Below are positions 9,458-21,625 of a stretch of DNA of 32,000 nucleotides, in pieces (position 1 is the first letter of the stretch; every line of letters begins with the position of its first letter). The position numbers and the translations under genes were made by a program. Origin of the DNA: Bacillus subtilis subsp. subtilis str. 168 (GTDB taxonomy: Bacteria; Bacillota; Bacilli; Bacillales; Bacillaceae); NCBI RefSeq assembly GCF_000009045.1, contig NC_000964.3:2130001-2162000 (forward strand). Direction: 5' to 3'. A model generated the notes under the pieces. That model was not told the DNA's origin. It ran no database searches and saw nothing but the letters and a program-made list of their open reading frames with translations.

Positions 9458-10869
9458 GAAGAATCCCCTCCGCATTCAGTCTCTTTCTGTTTTTTCTGCT
9501 GCGCCAAAAATTTCTTTTCTTTGAGCTGATCTCTTTTCTCACGCCGATCTTTTAATGTTTCATGCTCCGGATTTGCGATGTATGCCTCTCTCCTTTTGAT
9601 TCTGTCTACATTTTCAGGTGTAAACGAAACTTCTTTGTCAGCAAAAATGGCACTCAGCCCGATCGGCTCCTTTTTGTCAGCGGTTTCAGGGAAAACGGAC
9701 TCAAAATAGGCGTCTGCCTGATTGGGGATATAATTCTCTGGTTCCGGATATGACGTAATCACACCTTCAAAATTTCTTAAGATCACTTTGTCAGGACTTT
9801 GTGACAGGACATAGTTTGGCTGCAGGGCGATTTTACCTCCTCCGCCTGGTGCGTCAACGACAAAGGTAGGAACCGCATAGCCTGAGGTATGACCTCTCAG
9901 CCCTTCAATGATCTCCAAACCTTTGGAAACAGGAGCTCTGAAATGCCCTATTCCTTCTGACAGATCACATTGGTAAATATAATAAGGACGGACTCTGATT
10001 TTTACCAAGTCATGCATGAGCTTTTTCATAATTGGAACCGAATCATTAATACCTGCTAATACGACAGCCTGATTTCCGACCGGCACTCCCGCGTTCACCA
10101 GCTTTTCACATGCCTCAACGGATTCTTCTGTCATTTCGATGCTTGTGTTAAAATGGGTGTTCAGCCAGACCGGATGATATTTTTTCAATATCTCGCACAG
10201 ATGATCGGTAATGCGCTGCGGAAAGACGACGGGAGCTCTTGTTCCGATTCTGATGACTTCCAGATGCGGAATGCTGCGCAGCTCTTTTAAAATATATTCT
10301 AAAATTTGGTCGTTGATGAGCAGCCCATCACCGCCTGAAATTAAACAATCGCGGATTTCGGGTGTTTCCCGGATATAAGCAATTGCAGCATCAAGCTGTT
10401 TTTTGGGGACGCCCATTCCGATTTGTCCGGAAAAGCGCCTTCTTGTGCAGTAGCGGCAGTACATGGAACATTGATTCGTGACAAGAAACAGCACACGGTC
10501 GGGATAGCGGTGTGTCAGACCGGGTACCGGTGAATCTTCATCCTCATGAAGCGGGTCTTCCAGATCGTATTTTGTTTTGTGCATTTCTTCAGAAAGCGGC
10601 ACAGACTGCATGCGTACCGGGCATCTCGGATTGTCGGGGTCCATTAAAGAAGCATAGTAAGGTGTAATATTTAAGGGGATCGTTTTGGTAGAAATTCTGA
10701 CGCCTTCCTCTTCATCCTCGGTCAGATTAATGACTTTCTTTAAATCATCTAACGTTCTTACAGTGTGTGTCAGCTGCCAAAGCCAATCGTTCCATTTCTC
10801 TTCCGGAACGTCCTTCCATAACTCGATCTCCTTCCAATGCCGTTTCGGTTTATACCATTTGTTTTTCAA
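9454..10869 (-). CDS. kamA: Lysine 2,3-aminomutase (radical SAM)
   Basis: 471 aa; radical-SAM CSMYCRYCTRR, PLP-binding region and high similarity to known KamA. Confidence 0.97.
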   Translation of the reverse strand: MKNKWYKPKRHWKEIELWKDVPEEKWNDWLWQLTHTVRTLDDLKKVINLTEDEEEGVRISTKTIPLNITPYYASLMDPDNPRCPVRMQSVPLSEEMHKTKYDLEDPLHEDEDSPVPGLTHRYPDRVLFLVTNQCSMYCRYCTRRRFSGQIGMGVPKKQLDAAIAYIRETPEIRDCLISGGDGLLINDQILEYILKELRSIPHLEVIRIGTRAPVVFPQRITDHLCEILKKYHPVWLNTHFNTSIEMTEESVEACEKLVNAGVPVGNQAVVLAGINDSVPIMKKLMHDLVKIRVRPYYIYQCDLSEGIGHFRAPVSKGLEIIEGLRGHTSGYAVPTFVVDAPGGGGKIALQPNYVLSQSPDKVILRNFEGVITSYPEPENYIPNQADAYFESVFPETADKKEPIGLSAIFADKEVSFTPENVDRIKRREAYIANPEHETLKDRREKRDQLKEKKFLAQQKKQKETECGGDSS

Positions 10870-10897
10870 ACGAACTCCTCCTCGCGCATATTTTGAC

Positions 10898-11725
10898 TTA
10901 CAGTTGCTTGCACCAAATATTCATGTTTTCAAGGCCTTCGGCTATAAAGCAATTATTGATCAGCCTTCCGCCATACTGATAACCTGAATGGTACAACACA
11001 GCATTCATCCCAAAAGACGAAGCACGGGCGAGAGAAAACACATGAACGATATCCTCTCCAGCCATTTCTTTTTCTAACGCCTCGATTAAAAAGCTTGTTA
11101 ACGAATGGCCGCGATATTCCGGCAGCACAGCGCAATCGGTTATTTCTGCATGCCCAAGCTCTGGATTGATTTCTGCGCTTGCTGCGCTGATCAGGCGGTC
11201 ATGATCAAGCATGATATAATACACCGTATTTGCATTCATCGTCTTTTCAATATAAGCGGGGTCAAATACCGGGGTTGGGTACGTGCGGAATACTTTTTTA
11301 TACAGCATCGATAGCTGGTACATGTCGTTTGTTTCTGCTTTTCTCATCGTAAAAACGGGTGTACTGTCGTTGCGAAGACGGGGCGCTGTGCGATATATGG
11401 CTTCGATGATCTCCTGTTCCTCTGTATAAGAATCTGTTTGTCTCCGGCTTTCTGAAAGGTAACGTACCATGACACAAGCCGAATGGCCGAGATAATAGCC
11501 CTTTAGATAGCCCTCCGGCGCAAATAATTGTTTGGCAAGGATCGGCTCATCATGCTGCTTCGCATAGACAATGATTTTTTCTGCATTCTCTTCTTTTGCC
11601 GCTGCCACGATATCCGGCAGGGCCTTCTCAATGGCTCCGTCATAACGAACCACTCTGATTCGTTTATTAAAGCCGTCATGGTCCAAAACTGCTGTGACAC
11701 CGCTACTCTTTATTGACTTGAGCAT
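10898..11725 (-). CDS. yodP: Beta-lysine N-acetyltransferase (AblB-type GNAT)
   Basis: GNAT fold motifs and adjacency to kamA; likely start ATG 11725 after ggggagg. Confidence 0.85.
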
Positions 11726-13013
11726 CCGCATCCTCCCCATCTGTATGAAGGCCGCACCAATCCATGACAAAAAGTGCAATAATTTTAGCAGATTCTATCA
11801 TGGCTTCAACCTCAATGTATTCATTGGCCTGATGAGCCGTTTTTGTTTCCCCCGGCCCGAAAACGATCACTGGTGTATCTCCTGCATGGTACAAAAGCCC
11901 TCCATCCGTTCCCCACGGGGAAGCCTCAATAATCGGCTCTGTCTGTTTCATTTTTTGATAGGCTGATTGCAGCACAGAAATTAAAGGGTGATCATCAGGT
12001 AAATCATTCGGCAGCCATTGAGCGCCAAACCATTCGACTTGTACGGGATGGCGTTTAAACCATTCGTCATGGTATTCTAAATCCTTCAGCCAGTTTTCCA
12101 ATTCAAGTTTTACAGCTTCTGGTTTCTCATGGGGAGCAATTCCGCATCTCCCTTCTATGACGACACGGTCTGCAACTGAAGATGGCCAGGCACCGCCTGA
12201 GATGGTGCCGATATTCACCGGTACCGGTATTGGGATATTGTCATACAGCGGATCTGAAATTCTCGCATTGCGGACTTTCTCCAGCTCTTGTATCGCTGTG
12301 ATAACGTGCATGCTTTTTTCAATCGCGCTTACCCCTTCATAGCGTGTGCCCCCATGTGCGGATAATCCCTTCACAGTGATCCGAAACCACATCGAACCCT
12401 GCTGCTTAATAAATAGTTTCATATTCGTCGGTTCAGGAATCAGCGCCCCGTCAGCACGATAGCCTCTCATGATGGCGGAAAGTGTACCGGCGCCGCCGCA
12501 CTCTTCATCTACAACACTCTGAAACAATACATCTCCCTTCAGTTTGACATCGCAGGCGTGCAGGGCTTCTAAAGCAAAAAGAAGGGCTGTATTGCCTCCC
12601 TTCATATCCGTTGAGCCGCGGCCGTATATTTTACCGTTTTCTTCGACAGCTTGATACGGTTCATACTTCCAATCCTTTACGCTTCCTTCAGGCACAACAT
12701 CGATATGGCCGTTCAAAATCAGGGACCTGCCTCCGCCGGCTCCCGTTTTTTTAGCCACGATATTCGGGCTCTCATGAAAATCGGATCGGTTAGATTTAAA
12801 GTAGGGATGCTGTTTTAATTGCTTTATGCTTGGCTCCCATACATCAATGTCCATATGAAATTGCCGCAGCTTTTCAAGCACAACAGCTTGGGCGTTAAAC
12901 TCTGACCCCAATGTGCTTTTTTCCCCAATCAGCCTTTTGAGAAGACGAATGGCTTTGGCCGAATGCTGATCAAGCCACTCGATTACTTTTCTTTCAATGT
13001 CTTGCATCCTCAT
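11703..13013 (-). CDS. yodQ: M20 family peptidase/deacylase
   Basis: [30 protein letters not shown] motifs. Confidence 0.92.
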
Positions 13014-13021
13014 TCCCCCTC

Positions 13022-13681
13022 TTAAGAAAAAGGCATATCTATTTTGATTTCAGCTTCTGTCAGCCTCGTCACCTCATCGATTGTCGAGCCATTCATCAGC
13101 TCTTTTAAAATGAAGTGATGGCTATCGACCTCAAGAACCGCTTTTTCGGTAATAATCAAATCTACACAGCCTGCAGCAGTTAATGGCAGCGTACATCTTT
13201 CTGTTAATTTAGGCCTTCCCTTTTGATCTGTATGACTCATGACGACAACCACTTTTTTCGCTTTTTGGGCAAGCTCCATCGCCCCGCCCATACCAGGCAC
13301 CTTTTTTCCCGGAACAAGCCAATTTGCCAAATCTCCTGATTGGCTCACCTGCAGGGCGCCTAAAATCGTAATGTCAATTTTGCCTTTTCTGATCATCGCA
13401 AAAGACATGGTTGTATCAAAATAAGAAGCCCCTTTTACAGCGCGGACAGGATATCCCGCGGCGTTGCATAAATGCGCATCCTCTTCTCCCTTTTCGGGAC
13501 TTTCTCCAATGCCAAGGACACCGTTTTCCGCTTGAAACATGACCTGCATGTCAGGCTTCAAAAAGTTCGGTACCAAGGAAGGGATACCGATACCGAGATT
13601 CACAATCATGCCCTGCTTAATTTCAGTAGCAGCGCGTTTTGCAATCTGTTCTCTTTCTGCTACTCCCAAGCCCATTTCCAC
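13022..13681 (-). CDS. yodR: CoA transferase subunit B (AtoA/ScoB-like)
   Basis: [20 protein letters not shown] motifs. Confidence 0.92.
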
Positions 13682-14349
13682 TTCACTCCCTCGCTTCGTA
13701 CAACCCCCTCAACAAAAACCCCCGGTGTGACAATCATTTCTTCAGAAATCTCCCCCATCGGAACGATACGCTCAGCTTCGGCAAAGGTTCTCCTGGCGGC
13801 CATTGCCATAAGCGGGTTCATATTGCGCGCGGTTTTGTCATACGTTAGATTGCCGAATTCATCTGCAATGTAAGCATTGATGAAAGCAAAATCAGCAGTC
13901 AGCGCCTCTTCAATCAAGTATCGTTTTCCCGCCACTGTTACGATGTCCTTTTTTTCGCAAACCATTTGATTATCAATGCCCACGTCGGTTAAAATACCGC
14001 CAAGCCCCGCTCCGCCGGCGCGAATCCGTTCCGCAAGCGTTCCCTGAGGTGAAAATTGAACCTCTAACGTCCCCTCTGTCATCTGTTTTCCGGCTACTGG
14101 ATTGGAACCGATATGCGAGGCGATCAGGGTTTTGACCCGTTGATTAACAATAAGCGGGCCGATTCCGATATCCGGGAAACCGGCGTCATTGCAAATCACA
14201 GTCAAATCCGTTACACCGCTGTCCAATATCGCTTCAATCAATGAAGGAGGCGACCCGACTCCCCCAAAACCGCCAAACATCAGAACCGATCCATCCCGAA
14301 CATCTGCAATTGCTGTGTCAATGCTGATTGCTTTTTGAAATGGCGCCAT
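13660..14349 (-). CDS. yodS: CoA transferase subunit A (AtoD/ScoA-like)
   Basis: GSVLMFGGFGGVGSP motif; overlaps yodR. Confidence 0.92.
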   Translation of the reverse strand: MAPFQKAISIDTAIADVRDGSVLMFGGFGGVGSPPSLIEAILDSGVTDLTVICNDAGFPDIGIGPLIVNQRVKTLIASHIGSNPVAGKQMTEGTLEVQFSPQGTLAERIRAGGAGLGGILTDVGIDNQMVCEKKDIVTVAGKRYLIEEALTADFAFINAYIADEFGNLTYDKTARNMNPLMAMAARRTFAEAERIVPMGEISEEMIVTPGVFVEGVVRSEGVKWKWAWE

Positions 14350-14355
14350 TTAATG

Positions 14356-15690
14356 TCAATCCTTTTTTAAGTTTTTTTCGACCGCTGCAACTGTTTCTGA
14401 AAAAATAGAGATAAGCTCTTCCATTTCACCGTCTGAAATAGTAAAAGGAGGAGCAATAATGACAGCATCTCCTTCTCCACTGTCTATTCCAGCTTTGGAA
14501 GGATAAACAATCAGCCCGCGTTTTTTCGCCTCGCTGACAATAAGCTGGGTTATCGCCTGCTCTGGCGGAAACACTTTCTTCGTTTTTTGGTCTGCCACAA
14601 ATTCAATGCCTAATAGCAGTCCTTTTCCGCGCACCTCACCTATAATGCCGCTTTGAGATGCCGCCTCATCAAGCTTCTTCTTCAGCACAGCGCCCTTTTT
14701 TTCTGATTGTTTGATCAAGCCGTGCTTTAACACATATCGCAAAACTTCAAGAGCAGCTTTGGCTGAATAGGGATGTGCACTATATGTGTGACCGCTCATA
14801 ATCACACCTGACCCTTGTTTTATGGTTTCAATAATAGAATCAGATACGACGGCAGCAGCAATAGGTGCATACCCCGCACCGAGTCCCTTCCCCAGTACAG
14901 CAATATCAGGTACGGTATCCCAATGCTCTGTCGCGAGCATCCTTCCTGTTCTCCCAAGCCCCGTCATCACTTCATCTGCAATAAAAAGCACATCGTGTGT
15001 GCGGCATACCTCACTTAATCTCTCATAATATCCCGGAGGCGGAGTAATCGCTGCTCCTGCAGCACCAATAATAGGCTCAGCCACAAAGCCGGCGATGAAT
15101 TGGCTTCCGATTCTTTTAATCATGGTGTCCAGTTCATCAGCTGCAGTCTGAACAAAGTCTTCTTCCGTCTCGTGATTCAGCCGATAAATATGTGGAGCTG
15201 AGATAGCTGGATACCGCTCAATGAGATGGGTGAACCGGTATCTCCTTTCATAAAAACCAGACAATGAAAGCGCTCCCAAAGTTATTCCGTGGTAACTGCT
15301 CCATCGAGACAAAAAGATGGATTTTTGTGTTTGCTTTTTTTCCTGCCAATACTGAATGGCGATTTTCATAGCTGTTTCTATCGCTTCTGATCCGCTGTTG
15401 ACAAAAAAAGACCAATTCACATCTCCGGGCAGCTCCTGTGCCAAGAGAGCGGCTAATTGCTCGGCGGGCTCACTCGTAAACTGTGAGCGGTAAGCAAAAG
15501 ACACCTGATCAAGCTGTTCTTTCAGCTTCTCAGTCACATCACGAACTCCGTGGCCGATATTACATGTCACCGCACCTGACGAGCCGTCGAGATATTTTTT
15601 TCCGGTCTGATCATAAACATATGAACCCTTCGCATAACTGACAACCGGATAGGCCGAGCTAAGCTCTGGCTTAATCAAATAACTGCTCAT
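14356..15690 (-). CDS. yodT: Class III PLP aminotransferase
   Basis: FIADEVMTGLGRTG and SGHTYSAHP motifs; 444 aa. Confidence 0.95.
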   Translation of the reverse strand: MSSYLIKPELSSAYPVVSYAKGSYVYDQTGKKYLDGSSGAVTCNIGHGVRDVTEKLKEQLDQVSFAYRSQFTSEPAEQLAALLAQELPGDVNWSFFVNSGSEAIETAMKIAIQYWQEKKQTQKSIFLSRWSSYHGITLGALSLSGFYERRYRFTHLIERYPAISAPHIYRLNHETEEDFVQTAADELDTMIKRIGSQFIAGFVAEPIIGAAGAAITPPPGYYERLSEVCRTHDVLFIADEVMTGLGRTGRMLATEHWDTVPDIAVLGKGLGAGYAPIAAAVVSDSIIETIKQGSGVIMSGHTYSAHPYSAKAALEVLRYVLKHGLIKQSEKKGAVLKKKLDEAASQSGIIGEVRGKGLLLGIEFVADQKTKKVFPPEQAITQLIVSEAKKRGLIVYPSKAGIDSGEGDAVIIAPPFTISDGEMEELISIFSETVAAVEKNLKKD

Positions 15691-15718
15691 GCTCCCACCT
15701 CAAAACCCCTTTTACCAT

Positions 15719-15726
15719 ATTGTATG
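15719..15726 (-). promoter_or_regulatory. Probable sigma-E -10 element upstream of yodT
   Basis: Minus strand CATACAAT, matching the sigma-E -10 consensus, ~30 nt before the yodT start. Confidence 0.6.
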
Positions 15727-15774
15727 AGTGTCCAAATGGCGGCATGACGTTCCCCGCAAAAACTTTTTCACATA

Positions 15775-15806
15775 AAAAGAGCCTTCCTAATAAGGAAGGC
15801 TCTTTT
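15775..15806. terminator. Bidirectional terminator-like hairpin
   Basis: AAAAGAGCCTTCCT AATA AGGAAGGCTCTTTT. Confidence 0.9.
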
Positions 15807-15819
15807 GAAATTTCAGCAT

Positions 15820-15933
15820 CTAGCAAATAAAAGCGGCTCCAACAATAATTAATAAAATGAACAAGACAACAATTAACACAAATGTATTTGTCCCGCAGCC
15901 AAATCCGTAACCGTACCCAGAGTATCCATACAT
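15820..15933 (-). CDS. Small YjcZ-family sporulation-type membrane protein
   Basis: 37 aa MYGYSGYGYGFGCGTNTFVLIVVLFILLIIVGAAFIC from ATG 15933 with SD aaagga; the longer track ORF is upstream padding. Confidence 0.85.
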   Translation of the reverse strand: MYGYSGYGYGFGCGTNTFVLIVVLFILLIIVGAAFIC

Positions 15934-16012
15934 GCTGTTTTCATCCTTTCTTATCACGATATACGACATTTTATGCGGGCCAAGTCCCAAATGGTTTGTG
16001 CAAACGCCTATT

Positions 16013-16792
16013 TCATGTAAGGAAATAATGAAATACAGTATGCACCCGCTCATATTTTTTAAACGTCAGCTTTTCGTAAAACTGAGTTGCACCGTCAGTG
16101 CTTGCAGCCACTAAGTAGGCTGCTTCCATTCCTAGTGATTTGGCGATGGACAGCATTTCTTTCACTAAGATACTGCCGTAGCCCTTCCTTTGAAACTGAT
16201 CTAAAATTGCCACTTCTTCGATTTTAGCCGTTTTCTCTTGATGATCGATAAACAGCTCGCCGCACCCAATGGGAACTTTCTGTGCCTGGTCGCTGTAACA
16301 AACAACAAGAATGATTATATCTGCTTCATAGAAAGGATATTTTCTTTTTAATTTTTGTTCAGCGATTGCTTCTCCAATATAAATGGAATCGTAAATTTTC
16401 ATAATAGAAGATCCGTCGCTAAGACTTTTTGCCGTCCCCCATGCGGTTAAAGGATGTCCCATCTGCCCCTTCCAGTCACTAAGCTTCATGTCATATAGTA
16501 GCTCATCCTCGACGACAAAACCGCTTTTTACAAGTGACTGCTTCAAACCGAGCGGAAAAACATGCTGCGGCGACGCTTTTAAATGGAGATAATTCGCATC
16601 AAGCAGCTTTGGTACGGAGGGTAAAAAGTTAAGTAACCGCTCCAATGGAAACGTATCATGGAGCTGAACAAAGTTATGAGAAAAAATTTGCGGAAGCTGC
16701 GGATCTCTGTATACGCTGTAATGATCAAACGATGCCGATTCAGACGTTAACAATATATATTGATGTTCCGTTTTTGAATAATGTCCTGTCAT
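16013..16792 (-). CDS. cgeE: Spore maturation protein, GNAT acetyltransferase
   Basis: C-terminal GNAT motif QFQRKGYGSILVKEML; cge gene order. Confidence 0.88.
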   Translation of the reverse strand: MTGHYSKTEHQYILLTSESASFDHYSVYRDPQLPQIFSHNFVQLHDTFPLERLLNFLPSVPKLLDANYLHLKASPQHVFPLGLKQSLVKSGFVVEDELLYDMKLSDWKGQMGHPLTAWGTAKSLSDGSSIMKIYDSIYIGEAIAEQKLKRKYPFYEADIIILVVCYSDQAQKVPIGCGELFIDHQEKTAKIEEVAILDQFQRKGYGSILVKEMLSIAKSLGMEAAYLVAASTDGATQFYEKLTFKKYERVHTVFHYFLT

Positions 16793-16820
16793 GAACGTCT
16801 CCTTTTTATGACCTATACCT

Positions 16821-18101
16821 TTACTCTGTTGCAATATTCAATTTCTTTATAATCTCATCGTACACCGGATAAAACGGCTTTCCAATTGGAAATTGCTGAA
16901 TATTTCGGAAAGAAGCGGAGATTGGCTTCTGATGTAAAAAAAACTTCCTTGTTACTTGTTCACTAATCGGGTGAAAGACGCCGTTTAGAAACAAAAACGG
17001 CTCGCGTTCGATGAAAAACAGACGTCGGCCAGGCGGATTTTTGATCAATTCAGATCGTTTCCACGTAATCGGCGGCCCTTCCGGAAGCGTCTCCATCTCT
17101 TCTTTTCCAATTGTCACTATGTCTTTTCTTTGAAATTGATAAAATTGAAACGCATACTGGTCCACAATTCGCCTTTTTTTTCCGGCTTCGATATAAAATA
17201 TTGCAGGATGGTCAGCTTCCTTTACTAAAATATAATTCGGAATGTTTAAAATTTTGCCAATCCTATATTGGAATAAATATGGGTCTGGAACAGCGACAGT
17301 CCGATTTAGATACAAAAAACCCCACTTTTCTCCAACAGGATGCCTTACACCCTGATCAAAAAAATACACATTTTGATCTGAACCTTTTACAAAAGAGCCG
17401 TCAATCAAATCGGCGGGCAGAAACCGATATGCATTTTGAAATGAATCTGGGGTTTTATAGGTTGTGTCTAATACTTCATTTATCGGCAGAAATGGGGTAA
17501 AGTTGTTGAGTCTCGCCCAAAAAATTGCGTCGCCATGATTCCAATGCTTCATATCATCATCCCAGTAGCCTCCAAATTTATGGTGAATGAGATTAAGTAA
17601 CGAACGGCGATGCATAACTGAGCAATGATCAACTTGAAAAGCGGCCTGATCAAGCACTGCATTGGCATTTCTGTAGAAATGTGAGATTTCCTCTCCCCTT
17701 TCGTTTACATGTACAACTTTTTGTTTTGAATAGACCGCCTGCGCTTCAGGCTTATGTGAAAACTCTTGCACCATACGGCTCAGCCGCTCAGGATGATAAA
17801 CAGTGTCGTCAGTAAGATAGGAAATGTAATCGCCGTCTGCAAATGGGAGCGCACTGTTAATTAATGTGGCATAACGGGCTGTTTTTAATCGATCTGCAGG
17901 ATGCACGAAACTGTTATGATATTGAATGCGCCGGTCATGGAGATACTTGTGAATCACCGCAGTTGTTTCTGCATTCGAATGATCATCCATGATAAAAAGC
18001 TCCCAAAGATCATGCGTTTGCTGTATCACGCTTTCGATCGCTTTTTGCAAATAATCGGGTTTGTTGTAACTTGTTAAAATAATAGACACTTTCTCTCCCA
18101 T
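16821..18101 (-). CDS. cgeD: Spore maturation glycosyltransferase family 2
   Basis: VSIILTSYNKPDYLQKAIESVIQQTHDLWELFIMDDHSNAET. Confidence 0.93.
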   Translation of the reverse strand: MGEKVSIILTSYNKPDYLQKAIESVIQQTHDLWELFIMDDHSNAETTAVIHKYLHDRRIQYHNSFVHPADRLKTARYATLINSALPFADGDYISYLTDDTVYHPERLSRMVQEFSHKPEAQAVYSKQKVVHVNERGEEISHFYRNANAVLDQAAFQVDHCSVMHRRSLLNLIHHKFGGYWDDDMKHWNHGDAIFWARLNNFTPFLPINEVLDTTYKTPDSFQNAYRFLPADLIDGSFVKGSDQNVYFFDQGVRHPVGEKWGFLYLNRTVAVPDPYLFQYRIGKILNIPNYILVKEADHPAIFYIEAGKKRRIVDQYAFQFYQFQRKDIVTIGKEEMETLPEGPPITWKRSELIKNPPGRRLFFIEREPFLFLNGVFHPISEQVTRKFFLHQKPISASFRNIQQFPIGKPFYPVYDEIIKKLNIATE

Positions 18102-18165
18102 CTATACCGCCTCCCGCCGTCAAACATAAAAACGGCTCCGCAGCAAGCAGAGCCTCTGTCATCAT

Positions 18166-18471
18166 TTAAAAAGCACCCCAGCTTACAACACTTGAGAGTG
18201 AAACATGAGATCTCGTGTTATTTAACGGGTTTTGGAAAATAACCAAATCAGTCAGAACTTCTTTTACGATGACATTTTGAAGTGTATCTCCGTTGATCAA
18301 ATTGACTTTTGAAACCGGTACGCCCAGCTCTTTTGCAAAAACAAGCTGGCGTCTGAGGTCAGATGGATTTCCTTCAGAAGACGATTGACGTATCAGCAGA
18401 ATCAGCAAAAGCAAAATAAAATGCAGATCATCTTGGTTTTCTTCTCGATCCACTTGTTTCTCTAAATCCAA
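18166..18471 (-). CDS. cgeC: Spore maturation protein CgeC
   Basis: 101 aa from TTG 18471 behind gggagaggg. Confidence 0.8.
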   Translation of the reverse strand: MDLEKQVDREENQDDLHFILLLLILLIRQSSSEGNPSDLRRQLVFAKELGVPVSKVNLINGDTLQNVIVKEVLTDLVIFQNPLNNTRSHVSLSSVVSWGAF

Positions 18472-18532
18472 ATCATCCCTCTCCCTTATCCTTATCTCTG
18501 TTTCACAATATGTGCGACTTCGATTTATGGTA

Positions 18533-18541
18533 TAGGCTATG
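18533..18541 (-). promoter_or_regulatory. Candidate sigma-K -10 for cgeCDE
   Basis: Minus strand CATAGCCTA matches CATANNNTA; lies in the divergent cgeC/cgeA intergenic region. Confidence 0.5.
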
Positions 18542-18663
18542 TCCACTCCATTAAAAAATCAGCATTTTCCTTAAATAGATGAAAAATAGATCAGGTACGG
18601 CGTTCGACTCATACCAAATAACAGCCGGAAGAATATGAATAACGTGAGTTCACTATCGAATAG

Positions 18664-19077
<414 letters not shown>

Positions 19078-19083
19078 CATCCG

Positions 19084-20037
19084 ATGAAAGTCTTGTATAT
19101 CCAGTCGGGATACGGAGGAATATACAGTTATTTTGATCGCTGGGCTGAAGAATGTTTTCAGAACACTCATACAGAGTATATGATTGCAGATAAACCTGAA
19201 GCAGAATCTTTGATGAAGATCGAAGCGTTTCAGCCGGATTTCACACTTATGATGGTTGGAGACCGCGTTCCTCACGACTGGCTGACCTGGTTAAAGGGTA
19301 AGGATATCCCCGTGTATGTTTGGCTGACCGAAGACCCATTTTATATGGATATCAGCCTTCAGGTAATTAAGCTTGCTGACGCCATATTAACGATAGAACA
19401 AAATGCAGCTCTCTACTATCAAGAGCTCGGCTACCAGAACGTCTATTATGTTCCGATACCAGTTAACCATCGGCTGTTTAAAAAAATGGGCACCGAACAT
19501 TCCTATCATTCAAATCTGTTAATCATCGGCTATCCTTACCCTAATCGGGTTCAGCTTATGAAAGAAGCGGTCCATCTGCCATTCACGGTTCGGGTAATCG
19601 GCAAGGAATGGGGAAAATATCTGCCTAAAAAAGTGCTCAAACAGCCGCATATTGATGTCGTCAGCACATGGGTTCCACCCGAACAGGCCGTTCATTATTA
19701 TAATGGGGCAGACATCGTAATTAATGCGCATCGTCCCTATCATTTTGCTTTCAACCAAAATACTATGCGCATCAAAAATGCCAGTTTTAATAACCGAACG
19801 TTTGATATCGCTGCATGCGAAGCATTTCAATTAACAGATTTACCCGCGGCGCATCCTTTTTCATCCATTATTTCTTATCACGGCATGAACGACTTTAAGG
19901 AAAAAGCCGCTTTCTATATCAACCACCCTGAAGAACGGCAAAAAGCTGCAGCAGCCAATTATAAAGAGACCGTACCCGCATTTACGTTTGATGAGCTTCC
20001 TGCAAAACTAAAAGCGATTCATCTGGCGCTTTCTTGA
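19084..20037 (+). CDS. cgeB: Spore maturation protein CgeB, glycosyltransferase-like
   Basis: 317 aa, immediately downstream of cgeA; C-terminal glycosyltransferase-like segment. Confidence 0.92.
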   Translation: MKVLYIQSGYGGIYSYFDRWAEECFQNTHTEYMIADKPEAESLMKIEAFQPDFTLMMVGDRVPHDWLTWLKGKDIPVYVWLTEDPFYMDISLQVIKLADAILTIEQNAALYYQELGYQNVYYVPIPVNHRLFKKMGTEHSYHSNLLIIGYPYPNRVQLMKEAVHLPFTVRVIGKEWGKYLPKKVLKQPHIDVVSTWVPPEQAVHYYNGADIVINAHRPYHFAFNQNTMRIKNASFNNRTFDIAACEAFQLTDLPAAHPFSSIISYHGMNDFKEKAAFYINHPEERQKAAAANYKETVPAFTFDELPAKLKAIHLALS

Positions 20038-20068
20038 AAAATCGTTCATTGCTATGAACGATTTTTTT
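20037..20068. terminator. Bidirectional terminator between cgeB and phy
   Basis: AAAAATCGTTCAT TGCT ATGAACGATTTTTTT. Confidence 0.93.
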
Positions 20069-20107
20069 ATTCATAGAAAAAAGCAGCTGCACAAGCTGCT
20101 TTCTATT

Positions 20108-21337
<1,230 letters not shown>

Positions 21338-21625
21338 TTATAGGGTTTCTGACTCATAAACAACTTATTCCCCAAAGAGGTGGTGAGATGACTTTGCCAG
21401 ATTTACTTTTGCGGAGCGAAATAAAAATATGTTGAATATTTAGTACATTATTTATTTAGTTTTGTTTTTCCCTAGTTACGTCCGTTTTTCCATTTTCTAT
21501 TAAAAAAGAACACTTTGTGACATGATCATTCCCCTAAATTTTGTTTTATTGGTTGCTTTCATTAATTCGATTACAAAGTTGAACATATGATGCATGGTAG
21601 AGAAACGAGAGTTGGAGGATAAGCC

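Noticed and set aside
15932-16053. N-terminal extension of the 77-aa ORF at 15820-16053
   Set aside because: The internal ATG with a proper SD gives a typical small sporulation protein; the extension overlaps the cgeE 3' end and looks non-coding.
18104-18160. Terminator after cgeCDE-proximal region (ggctccgc...gcagagcc)
   Set aside because: Only a short imperfect repeat; not convincing as a terminator.
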